From Bacteroidales bacterium (lineage in GTDB: Bacteria; Bacteroidota; Bacteroidia; Bacteroidales; B39-G9): 64,000 bases of DNA. The notes beneath the pieces were generated by a model. It searched no databases. It saw only the letters and a program-made list of their open reading frames with translations, and was not told the origin of the DNA. The position numbers and the translations under genes are program-made. Shown in pieces: positions 1-9,141 of this stretch; the stretch's first letter is position 1, and each line of letters opens with the position of its first letter. The stretch covers positions 25,352 through 89,351 of the forward strand of contig JAGLWK010000038.1 in the NCBI GenBank assembly GCA_023133485.1, given 5' to 3'.

Positions 1-171
1 AAGGGGGCTCCAAAAAATTTAATTATTTTACCTGTTTTTTGTAATAAAGATATTATTGGTGTTATTGAATTGGCTTCTTTTGTTAGCCTTAATATTGACT
101 TAAAAGAATTTGTTAAATTCATGGAAAATATAGGCAAGGAACTTGCAAAAATGATAAAGAAAAAGAAATAA
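1..171 (+). CDS. 3' end of a GAF-domain sensor protein (partial, enters from upstream of window)
   Basis: Frame 1 is open from nt 1 to TAA at 169-171. The tail ...ILPVFCNKDIIGVIELASFVSLNIDLKEF... parallels the end of the GAF domain of the next ORF (ILIVPLITDEKLQGIIEFASIKDDISNL). Confidence 0.5.
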   Translation, partial: KGAPKNLIILPVFCNKDIIGVIELASFVSLNIDLKEFVKFMENIGKELAKMIKKKK

Positions 172-197
172 ATTATTTTTTAACAATTTGTGTTTTA

Positions 198-2831
198 ATG
201 GGAGACATAAATAAATATATTATTAAAATAAGAATATGGATAAAATACATATTCCATGATACATTCCTTTTTACAAAGATTGGTGTATTATTAGGATTGT
301 TATTTCCTGTTGCTTCATGGATTATTGATATTTCTTTTAAAAACCTTGGTTTTTCTATTGAAAGTATTATTAATATTCATATAGTAAATCCAATACATTA
401 TATTATAGATATATCCCCAATTATTATTGGTATAATTGGATATTTTGTTGATAAATTCATAGAAAAAAACACAAACAAATACAAAATAATAATTGATCAG
501 AAAAACGAAGAAATAAATAAAAATTCACAAATAGCAAAAAAAATAGGTGAAGGAGATTTGGCTTTTGATGAGAAAGCTATTAATAAAAACGATGTTTTGG
601 GTAATTCCCTCCTAAAAATGAGAAACAATTTATTATCAACCAAAGATAAGGAGACTGAACAAAACTGGATTGCCGAAGGCAAAGAAAAAATATCTAACAT
701 ATTAAGATTACATAACGATATTAATGAACTTTCCTACGATATACTGGTTAACCTGATTAATTATATAAATGTAATACAGGGTGCATTTTATGTATATAAT
801 GAAGAAACAAAAAAAATAGTTAACGTTGCATCATTTGGATATGGCAGAAAAAAATATATTAATCAGGAATTTGATATTGGACAAGGTTTAATAGGTCAGG
901 CTGCTTACGAAACGGATACAATATTTCGTAAAGAAATTCCGGATTATTATGTTACAATAACATCCGGAATACTTAGCGACCAAAAACCAACAAACATTTT
1001 AATAGTACCATTAATAACCGATGAAAAATTACAAGGTATTATTGAATTTGCTTCAATAAAAGACGATATTTCTAATCTTACAATAACATTCATAGAAGAA
1101 TTAAGTGATATTATTGCCAGAACAATTTTTAATATTAATGTTCATAAAAAAACAGAAAAGTTATTGAAAGATGCCCAGAAAATGACGGAAGAACTTAAAG
1201 AAAACGAAGAAGAATTGAGGCAAAATGCCGAAGAAATGAGGGCAACTCACGAAGAACTTGAAAAATCAAACGAAAACCTAGAAAAACAAATACTTGAAGT
1301 CGAAAATGCACAAAACCGATTACATTCATTACTTGAAAATGCTTCAGAAATAATTTCAATATATACCGAAGACCTTAAACTTAAATATGAAAGTCCTTCC
1401 GTAACAAAAATTTTAGGATATACTCCTGAAGAAATGGTAAAAGGAAAAGATATTGAACGATTAACTTCGAAAGGTGAAGCTGATTTAAAACAAATGTTCA
1501 GAGGACTACTTGATAATCCTGATGAAGCTATTGCTTTTCAATATACATTTATGAAAAAGGATGGTAAAAAAATATTTATTGAAACAACCGGAAGGAATCT
1601 TTTACATGACCCTGCAATTAGCGGAATAATTCTAAATTCACAAGATATTACCGAAAGAAAAAGAGCTGAAAAAGAAGAAAGAATGAAAAGTAAAATGCAA
1701 GCTCTTTCGGAAAATAGCCCTGACATGATTATAAGATTAGGCATTGACGGACGGTTTTTTTATGCAAATCCAATTGTTAAAATATTTACAGGAGTTGACA
1801 ATAATGAGGTAATAGGAAAAAATGTTGAAGATGTTAATTTTAACGAACAAATAAAATTATTTTTTAAAGAAACAATTCAACAAATTAAAAAAACGGAACA
1901 AAAATTAAATGCCGAAATAATATTCCCAACAAATTTTGGAGACAGAATTATGCAAATAAATTCTATTCCTGAAACTAATGAAGAAAAAGAATTAGAAACA
2001 ATATTGTTTGTTGCCCATGACATAACTGAAAGAAAAAGTATTGAATTAGAAATAAAAGACAAGAATAAAAAAATTACTGAAAGTATTAATTATGCCGAAA
2101 GAATTCAAGGCTCAATACTTCCCGACACAAAATATATACAAGACTATTTCCCAAAATCATTTATTTTCTATAAACCAAGAGATGTGGTAAGTGGAGATTT
2201 CCCATGGTTCTTTACAAAAGAAGATAATATATATATTGCTGCTGTAGACTGTACAGGACACGGAGTTCCGGGTGCGCTGCTTTCATTTGTTGGTTATTTT
2301 TTACTTAATAATGTAGTTGATCATGATTTAGATGCTTCTGCCGGTAAAATACTTGATGATTTTCATTATGGTGTAAGAAAAACTTTAAAACAAGACCAAG
2401 CAGATGCTAATGCCAGAGACGGAATGGATATAGCTTTTTGTAAAATTAATTTAATTAAAAAAGAAATACAATATGCAGGAGCACACAGACCGCTTTATCT
2501 TATTAGAAACGGTGAATTAAATGAATATAAGGGAAATAGAAAAGCAATCGGAGGTATTCCTCATAAAAAAAAGCCGGAAAAGAATTTTCAAAACTATGTA
2601 ATAGAAATAAAACCAAATGATAAGATTTTCTTTTTCTCTGATGGTTTACCCGACCAGGTAGGAGGACCAGATAAAAGAAAATATCAGGCAAAAAGAATAA
2701 GAGAAGGAATAATTAATAAACCTGATTCTTCTATGATACAATATTCAAATTTTTTTGCAAATGATTTTAAAAACTGGAAAGGTGAAAACAAACAAATAGA
2801 CGATGTTTTACTAATTGGAATTGAATTTTAA
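198..2831 (+). CDS. membrane-anchored GAF/PAS sensor with C-terminal PP2C (SpoIIE/RsbU-type) serine phosphatase; SiaA-like
   Basis: Hydrophobic N-terminal segments, a GAF-like block (GQAAYETDTI...ILIVPLITDEKLQGIIEFAS), a long coiled coil, and two PAS-like blocks. The C-terminal SpoIIE signature is ERIQGSILPD...RDVVSGDFPWF...AAVDCTGHGVPGALLS...DGMD...SDGLPDQ. Confidence 0.85.
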   Translation: MGDINKYIIKIRIWIKYIFHDTFLFTKIGVLLGLLFPVASWIIDISFKNLGFSIESIINIHIVNPIHYIIDISPIIIGIIGYFVDKFIEKNTNKYKIIIDQKNEEINKNSQIAKKIGEGDLAFDEKAINKNDVLGNSLLKMRNNLLSTKDKETEQNWIAEGKEKISNILRLHNDINELSYDILVNLINYINVIQGAFYVYNEETKKIVNVASFGYGRKKYINQEFDIGQGLIGQAAYETDTIFRKEIPDYYVTITSGILSDQKPTNILIVPLITDEKLQGIIEFASIKDDISNLTITFIEELSDIIARTIFNINVHKKTEKLLKDAQKMTEELKENEEELRQNAEEMRATHEELEKSNENLEKQILEVENAQNRLHSLLENASEIISIYTEDLKLKYESPSVTKILGYTPEEMVKGKDIERLTSKGEADLKQMFRGLLDNPDEAIAFQYTFMKKDGKKIFIETTGRNLLHDPAISGIILNSQDITERKRAEKEERMKSKMQALSENSPDMIIRLGIDGRFFYANPIVKIFTGVDNNEVIGKNVEDVNFNEQIKLFFKETIQQIKKTEQKLNAEIIFPTNFGDRIMQINSIPETNEEKELETILFVAHDITERKSIELEIKDKNKKITESINYAERIQGSILPDTKYIQDYFPKSFIFYKPRDVVSGDFPWFFTKEDNIYIAAVDCTGHGVPGALLSFVGYFLLNNVVDHDLDASAGKILDDFHYGVRKTLKQDQADANARDGMDIAFCKINLIKKEIQYAGAHRPLYLIRNGELNEYKGNRKAIGGIPHKKKPEKNFQNYVIEIKPNDKIFFFSDGLPDQVGGPDKRKYQAKRIREGIINKPDSSMIQYSNFFANDFKNWKGENKQIDDVLLIGIEF

Positions 2832-2879
2832 TTATATAAATAATATGACAAACTAATTAATAAAAATAATTTTATTATT

Positions 2880-3461
2880 ATGGATGAGAAAAATATAAAT
2901 GTCAAAGATTTTCTTGAGTTTGTTTATAGTTTTTATAAAACTATGAAAGATCATGAAATTAGTTTGGTTTATGAAGGTGAAATTACACATCAAATTACAA
3001 AAGCCTTTACCTCATTAACCGAACAAAACATGGAACGGCATGAAGAGTCAAGTTCAACCCAGAAAAAAGTATTTCATGTTATGGTTGAATGCCTCCAAAA
3101 TGTTAGTAAACATGCTGATTATATGGACAATGAAGAAGTGTCTAAAAATGGAAAGGGAATTTTTATGGTAAGTAAAAAAGAAGATGAATATTTAATTACA
3201 ACAGGAAATGTATTACTTAAACCTAAAATTGCACCTATTATTGAAATCATCGAACAAATAAACCAATTAGATAAAGATGGTTTAAAAACGCTATATAAAC
3301 AGCAAATCAGAGAGGGAAGACTTTCAGAAAGAGGAGGAGCGGGACTTGGCTTTATTGATATTGCCAAAAAAACAGGTAATAAATTATATTACAGTTTTCT
3401 CACAATAAATGACGATTATTCGTTTTTTGTATTAACTTCAAGAATTTCAAGAAATATATAA
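2880..3461 (+). CDS. SiaB-like / anti-sigma-factor-type (GHKL fold) serine-threonine protein kinase
   Basis: 193 aa. Has an N-box-like VECLQNVSKHA and a G-box ERGGAGLGFIDIAKKTG, typical of RsbW/SiaB-type kinases. Lies 48 nt after the PP2C gene. Confidence 0.7.
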   Translation: MDEKNINVKDFLEFVYSFYKTMKDHEISLVYEGEITHQITKAFTSLTEQNMERHEESSSTQKKVFHVMVECLQNVSKHADYMDNEEVSKNGKGIFMVSKKEDEYLITTGNVLLKPKIAPIIEIIEQINQLDKDGLKTLYKQQIREGRLSERGGAGLGFIDIAKKTGNKLYYSFLTINDDYSFFVLTSRISRNI

Positions 3462-3476
3462 CTAATTATTTAGATT

Positions 3477-3860
3477 ATGGAAGCTATAAAAATAATTGGA
3501 ACAGATGATACTCCTAATGTAATATTGGATCCTGAAAACGAGATCTTTGAAATATCAGGAAGATCATTACCAGAAGATGTAACCGCTTTTTATGAGCCTA
3601 TTTTAGATTGGCTCGATGATTATGCCGAAGAAGCTATTGCAAAAACAGTGTTTAATTTTAAACTTGTTTATTTCAATACTGCCTCTTCAAAACTATTACT
3701 TGACATTCTTCTTAAACTTGAAGAAATGTTTGAGGCAGGTAAAGACATTGTTATTAAATGGCATTATCCCGATGATGATGAAGACATGGAAGAAGCAGGT
3801 GAAGAATATGCTGATATTGTCGAAGTTCCTTTTGAACAGGTAAGTTACTCTTTAGATTAA
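3477..3860 (+). CDS. DUF1987 / SiaC-like partner-switch phosphoprotein
   Basis: 127 aa. The N-terminus IKIIGTDDTPNVILDPENEIFEISGRSLPEDVTAFYEPILDWL and the motif YFNTASSK are characteristic of DUF1987 proteins as I recall them. Lies 15 nt after the kinase gene. Confidence 0.7.
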   Translation: MEAIKIIGTDDTPNVILDPENEIFEISGRSLPEDVTAFYEPILDWLDDYAEEAIAKTVFNFKLVYFNTASSKLLLDILLKLEEMFEAGKDIVIKWHYPDDDEDMEEAGEEYADIVEVPFEQVSYSLD

Positions 3861-3930
3861 ATTCTACAATATTAATTTTATAATGTGCAGTTTTTATTGC
3901 ATATAATATTGTTTATAATTATTAAGTAGA

Positions 3931-6900
3931 ATGAGCGAAGAGATATTAAAAGCCTTAATGCGACTGTTTGCAATTATTGCAAAACAGGATGATGGTGTTG
4001 AGAAAAATGAAATTGAATTTGTAAAAAATTTCCTTAAATCTCAACTTAATGATGAAGTTGTAAAAGAGTTTATTGCTCTCTTTTACAAACATGCCGATAT
4101 TGAGGATATTAATTTATATCTTAAAGAGCTTAAAGAAGAGGAAGATAGTGATGAAAAGAAAAAAAGAAAACTTACATCAGTTAAGGATTCGGTAAGAATT
4201 CTCGGAATTTGTAAAAAAATTAACAAAAAACTTACTCAACAACAAAAAGTTGTAGTATTAGTTCGTTTGTTTGAACTTGTTAATACCGACAAAAAGTTTA
4301 CCGAACAGCGAATGGCAATTATTAATACAGTTGCCGAAGTTTTTAATATTTCTACTAAAGAATTTAAAAGTACCGAAACTTTTATTATTAAAAACGAATT
4401 TAAAGAACTTGATGTTCAAAGTATTCTTATAGTTAACCATCAGGAAAATCTTTGCGAGCATTGTAAACATATTACAACCGAAGAACTTGACGGAAGTATA
4501 TTTATCCTTCATGTTCAAAGTGTTGATTTATATTTCTTAAGATATACAGGCAATCAGGATATATTTTTAAATGGACAAGGGGTTAATAACAGAAATATTT
4601 ATCTGTTTGCAAAAGGTAGTACAATTAAACTACCTAAAGGAAAACCCATATATTACAGCGATGTTGTTTCACATTATTTGGCAGACACAACCTTATCCAA
4701 AATATCTTATAATGTAAACAATGTTGAATTTACATTCCCAAATGGGGGAATTGGCTTAAGAGATATAAATTTATCCGAAGAACATGGCAAACTAGTTGGT
4801 ATTATGGGAGCTAGCGGTGCAGGTAAAACAACCTTATTGAATGTTCTTACGGGAAATGAAGCCCCATCAAATGGCGAAGTTCTAATTAACGGAGTAAACT
4901 TACACACAGAAAAAGAGAAAATTGAAGGTGTAATTGGATATATACCTCAAGATGACCTGTTAATTGAAGAACTTACAGTTTTTCAAAATTTGTATTATAA
5001 TGCTAAACTTTGTTTCGATAAAATTACCGAAGAAGAAATAACAAATCTTGTTAACAAAACTCTTTCAAATTTAGGACTGTTAGAAAAAAAGGAGCTTAAA
5101 GTTGGTTCTCCTCTTAATAAAACAATAAGTGGTGGTCAAAGAAAACGTTTGAATATTGCGTTGGAATTAATCAGGGAACCATCTATTTTATTTGTTGACG
5201 AACCTACCTCGGGTTTATCATCAAGAGATTCGGAAAATGTAATGGACCTTTTAAGAGAATTGGCTCTTAAAGGCAAATTGATTTTTGTTGTTATCCATCA
5301 ACCATCATCAGATATTTATAAAATGTTTGACAAGATGATAATACTTGATACCGGTGGATATCTAATATATTACGGAAATCCTGTTGAAGCAGTTAGTTAT
5401 TTTAAACGAATTGATGCTCAGGTAAATAGCGAAGTTGGTGAATGCCCGACCTGTGGTAATGTAAATCCCGAATTGATATTTAATATTGTTGATGCAAAAG
5501 TAGTTGACGAATTCGGAAAATACACCAATCACCGAAAAGTATCACCACTACAATGGGAAGAACACTATGATAAAAACATTGAAAAAGATGTTCATAAAGA
5601 TGTTAACGAAGAACCACCAAAATCATTAAATATTCCAAAATGGTTCAAACAGTTTAAGATATATACAATACGAGATTTTCTTTCAAAAGCAAGTAATAAA
5701 CAATATATAGCAATTAATTTTTTAGAAGCTCCTTTATTAGCATTTATTTTAGCTTCAATCATTCGTTATATTGCCGATCCTAATTCGAGAATTTATATAT
5801 TCAGGGAAAATGAAAATATTCCGCCATATGTATTTATGGCATTGATTGTAGCACTTTTTCTCGGATTTATGGTTGCTGCCGAAGAAATATTTCGCGACCG
5901 CAAAATTCTAAAAAGAGAAGCTTTTCTAAATCTTAGCAGGTCAAGTTATTTAGTGTCAAAAATATTGATACTATTTGTTATTTCTGCAATTCAATCATAC
6001 CTTTTCGTTATAGTAGGAAGTCTGATATTGGGTATTAAAGGATTAGACCTATACTACTGGATGGCTCTGTTTACTACATCTACTTTTGCAAATATGCTAA
6101 GCTTAAATATTTCTTCTGCATTTAATTCTGCTGTTACTATTTATATTTTAATTCCATTGCTAATAATTCCCCAGATGGCACTTGGTGGTGCAATGTTTAG
6201 TTTCGATAAACTAAACAAAATGATAGGTAGTGTTGATAAAGTACCATTAGTTGCCGAATTCATTACTGCAAGGTGGACTTATGAAGCTTTACTGGTTAAG
6301 CATTTCAAAGATAATGAATTTGAAAAAGATTTTTATGAATTAGAAAAACAAATTAGTATCTCTGATTTTAAACAAGTTTATTATTTACCCGAATTAACTG
6401 AAAAAGTTGATAAAATTATTAGCAGATTAAATAGTAAAGACGAAGAAATAATTGAAACAACTAAAAATGATTTCAAATTACTTAGAAACGAATTATCAAA
6501 AGAGATAAAAAGAGTTCCTGAAATAAAATTTGAACTTATTAACCAGCTTTATATAGATTCATTTTCAAATTTTGTTCAATATAATACAAATGATTATATA
6601 GAGCAATTAACGAGTTATTATGCAAATAAGTTTTCCGAAGCTGATTATAAAAAAGAAAAAATAATTGAATATTTAGATAATACACACCCCGGATATTATA
6701 ACAGTAAAAGAGCAAAATATCATAACGAAGCTGTTACTGATATTGTAAAAAAGGTATATGAAAAAAACAAAATTGTTGAATATAAAAATAATTTAATACA
6801 ACATGTTGATCCGATTTTTCAGGATCCGGAAGCTTCAAGTTTTTTAAATTTCAGATGTCATTTTTATGCTCCAAGAAAACAAATTTTTGGAAAATATTTT

Positions 6901-7008
6901 GATACTTTTTGGTTTAACATTGTTATTGTTTGGATGCTTACAATAATTTTATACATTACTCTTTATTATAATCATTTAAAAAAAGCATTGAATTTTTTTG
7001 AAAAATAA
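3931..7008 (+). CDS. ABCG-type (ATPase-then-permease) half transporter with N-terminal TerB-like and degenerate FHA-like modules
   Basis: Walker A GASGAGKTT, signature ISGGQRKR, Walker B ILFVDEPTSGLS, H-loop VIHQPS. An ABC-2 type membrane domain follows (about 6 hydrophobic helices). The N-terminus LMRLFAIIAKQDDGVEKNEIEFVKNFL is TerB-like. Residues about 190-260 (YFLRYTGNQDIFLNGQGV...GSTIKL) resemble the C-terminal half of an FHA domain. Confidence 0.85.
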   Translation: MSEEILKALMRLFAIIAKQDDGVEKNEIEFVKNFLKSQLNDEVVKEFIALFYKHADIEDINLYLKELKEEEDSDEKKKRKLTSVKDSVRILGICKKINKKLTQQQKVVVLVRLFELVNTDKKFTEQRMAIINTVAEVFNISTKEFKSTETFIIKNEFKELDVQSILIVNHQENLCEHCKHITTEELDGSIFILHVQSVDLYFLRYTGNQDIFLNGQGVNNRNIYLFAKGSTIKLPKGKPIYYSDVVSHYLADTTLSKISYNVNNVEFTFPNGGIGLRDINLSEEHGKLVGIMGASGAGKTTLLNVLTGNEAPSNGEVLINGVNLHTEKEKIEGVIGYIPQDDLLIEELTVFQNLYYNAKLCFDKITEEEITNLVNKTLSNLGLLEKKELKVGSPLNKTISGGQRKRLNIALELIREPSILFVDEPTSGLSSRDSENVMDLLRELALKGKLIFVVIHQPSSDIYKMFDKMIILDTGGYLIYYGNPVEAVSYFKRIDAQVNSEVGECPTCGNVNPELIFNIVDAKVVDEFGKYTNHRKVSPLQWEEHYDKNIEKDVHKDVNEEPPKSLNIPKWFKQFKIYTIRDFLSKASNKQYIAINFLEAPLLAFILASIIRYIADPNSRIYIFRENENIPPYVFMALIVALFLGFMVAAEEIFRDRKILKREAFLNLSRSSYLVSKILILFVISAIQSYLFVIVGSLILGIKGLDLYYWMALFTTSTFANMLSLNISSAFNSAVTIYILIPLLIIPQMALGGAMFSFDKLNKMIGSVDKVPLVAEFITARWTYEALLVKHFKDNEFEKDFYELEKQISISDFKQVYYLPELTEKVDKIISRLNSKDEEIIETTKNDFKLLRNELSKEIKRVPEIKFELINQLYIDSFSNFVQYNTNDYIEQLTSYYANKFSEADYKKEKIIEYLDNTHPGYYNSKRAKYHNEAVTDIVKKVYEKNKIVEYKNNLIQHVDPIFQDPEASSFLNFRCHFYAPRKQIFGKYFDTFWFNIVIVWMLTIILYITLYYNHLKKALNFFEK

Positions 7009-7068
7009 GACCGTGTAATTTTAAATTATAAATATTTTTTATACTTTTATATAATAAATTTCAAAATA

Positions 7069-7974
7069 ATGGATATGAAATTTTTCTATTTTATTTTATT
7101 TGTAATGTTTTTTGCTTCATGTGTTTCTGATGGGAATAAAGATGGAGATGTTGAAATTCCTATTGATTCATTATTCAACGAAAAACCATTACTTATATCG
7201 GATGAAGCAATGGAAGATATAATTCAAAATATCTCTTCCCCTGTAGAAATGGCTGCATTGCTTAAAGCAACGGGAGTACCTTTTTCAAAAAAATATTTGT
7301 GTTCTACTGACAAATTAGATAATTTGAACACAAATTTTAAAAGAGCATTAAATCTTGGTGTTTATGGTGCTGACCTTGGATATTTGAACATGTATAACAA
7401 AACAGGCTCAGTATTAACTAATATGTCAGCAATTAAAAGACTTTCCGAAGCCCTAAGTATAGGTCAGTTTTTTGATTTTTCAACTATTAAAAGGCTTGCA
7501 ACGAATAACGAAAATTTAGATTCGTTAATGTATATTTCTGTAGCAAGTTTTAATAATATGGATGAATACTTGAGAAAAAACAACAGAAGTAATTTAAGTT
7601 CACTAATAGTTTTCGGAGTTTGGATTGAAGGTCTTTATATAGCTACACAAGTTATTAGAGAATCAACCGATAATGCCGAAGTTGTTGAAAGAATAGGTGA
7701 ACAAAAATTAATACTCAACGATATATTACTTATTCTGAAAAATTATAAATCCGATAAAAATTTTTATAATCTCATAGAGGATGTAGAAAAAATAAAAAAA
7801 GAGTTTGAAGGAGTTACAATAACATATGAAATGGGAGAACCTATTGCTGTTGAAATTGACGGAATGCTTATGATACAACAAACTTCATCCAGTAATGTTA
7901 CAGTTTCACCCGAACAATTAAATAATATTATTGATATTGTAGAAAAAGTACGAAATAAACTTATTAGTTTATAA
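7069..7974 (+). CDS. lipoprotein of unknown function
   Basis: Signal peptide ending in the lipobox-like FFASC. No recognisable catalytic motif. Same strand, 60 nt after the ABC gene. Confidence 0.55.
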   Translation: MDMKFFYFILFVMFFASCVSDGNKDGDVEIPIDSLFNEKPLLISDEAMEDIIQNISSPVEMAALLKATGVPFSKKYLCSTDKLDNLNTNFKRALNLGVYGADLGYLNMYNKTGSVLTNMSAIKRLSEALSIGQFFDFSTIKRLATNNENLDSLMYISVASFNNMDEYLRKNNRSNLSSLIVFGVWIEGLYIATQVIRESTDNAEVVERIGEQKLILNDILLILKNYKSDKNFYNLIEDVEKIKKEFEGVTITYEMGEPIAVEIDGMLMIQQTSSSNVTVSPEQLNNIIDIVEKVRNKLISL

Positions 7975-7976
7975 TT

Positions 7977-8408
7977 ATGAAAAACATTGTTTTTATTTTA
8001 ATAATAGCCTTATTTTTTGGTAATTCTGGTGTTTATGCACAGAGTGATGAACTGGTTAATGTATGCGCACTAAATATTGGTAATGCAACTTATTTAAAAG
8101 ATTTTAAAGTTAAATTACAACAAAGTAATGTAAAACCTTCACCATCTGTAAAATTTTCAGTGGTGCTGAATAAAGGCACAATATATAAGATAAATGTATG
8201 TGAAGCAGAAGGTTATGAAGGCAAAGCGGTGATAAAACTTTATGATGGTGGAAGTATGCTCGGTACAAATAAAAGAGCTGATGGTTCTTTGCTTTCAGCT
8301 ATTGGGGCACAAATAAATAAAACAGGTGTATATCAGATAGCTATTTCTTTTAAAGATGGCAAAGAAGGGGCGGCAGTAGCTATTCTTTCATTTATGAATG
8401 TTAATTGA
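7977..8408 (+). CDS. small secreted protein of unknown function
   Basis: Signal peptide MKNIVFILIIALFFGNSGVYAQ. The start is 2 nt after the upstream stop, consistent with translational coupling. Confidence 0.5.
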   Translation: MKNIVFILIIALFFGNSGVYAQSDELVNVCALNIGNATYLKDFKVKLQQSNVKPSPSVKFSVVLNKGTIYKINVCEAEGYEGKAVIKLYDGGSMLGTNKRADGSLLSAIGAQINKTGVYQIAISFKDGKEGAAVAILSFMNVN

Positions 8409-8435
8409 TATAATTATTATTATAATTTACTTCTA

Positions 8436-8465
8436 AAAACCCCTAAAATTTTAGGGGTTTTTTAT
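8436..8465. terminator. bidirectional rho-independent terminator
   Basis: aaaaa-CCCCTAAAATTTTAGGGG-ttttttt between convergent genes. The stem is cccc(8440-8443)/gggg(8454-8457) extended by A:T pairs, with A/T runs on both sides. Confidence 0.7.
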
Positions 8466-9127
8466 TTTTCTAATTTTAATATTATTTTCTTTATTTCGTT
8501 TGGCGACATATATATTTTCTTTTTATAATTTATATACTTTTCAGGTATTTCTGCCCTATTCAAAATATAATCGGAAAAATCATAAACCTGCCAGCCAAGT
8601 CCATGAGCAATTGTAGTGGAATCAGTTTGATATTCAAGTTTAATTTTGAATTTTTTAAATAAGTATCCAATACCATTTCCTAGAATTCTTATTCCGTTTT
8701 TATTTGAAAAATCAAGTATATGAGCAAATTCATGTCCAATTACTCCAACTTGTGCATTAAACGGAACTTCACTAATAATAGCTCCATTAATTTTTTTTGA
8801 TGAATTATTTATATAAATAATATATGTACGTTTATTTCTTTTTTTAAAGATAAAATCAAAACGAGGCCTTGTAGCCATAGTTGTTCTGATTTTTTTTTCT
8901 CTGAATATTATTTTAGTATTTACTAACTCGGGATAATGAGATATTGCAAAGTATGTTTGAATTTTAAAACTATCAGGTAGATTATCTATATACGAATAAA
9001 TTTCAATTATACTGTCAATTTTGTTTACAATATCTTCTTTTTTTAGGGATTTTTCAGCAGGAATTAATTGAGCAGGCGAAAAATATGAAGTGAATAAAAT
9101 CGTGATTATTAATACTGCAATTTTCAC
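8462..9127 (-). CDS. secreted putative zinc metallopeptidase (HExxH)
   Basis: Signal peptide followed by an HEFAH motif (GVIGHEFAHILD). Family not recognised. Confidence 0.45.
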   Translation of the reverse strand: MKIAVLIITILFTSYFSPAQLIPAEKSLKKEDIVNKIDSIIEIYSYIDNLPDSFKIQTYFAISHYPELVNTKIIFREKKIRTTMATRPRFDFIFKKRNKRTYIIYINNSSKKINGAIISEVPFNAQVGVIGHEFAHILDFSNKNGIRILGNGIGYLFKKFKIKLEYQTDSTTIAHGLGWQVYDFSDYILNRAEIPEKYINYKKKIYMSPNEIKKIILKLEK

Positions 9128-9141
9128 TATAAGTTAAATTA

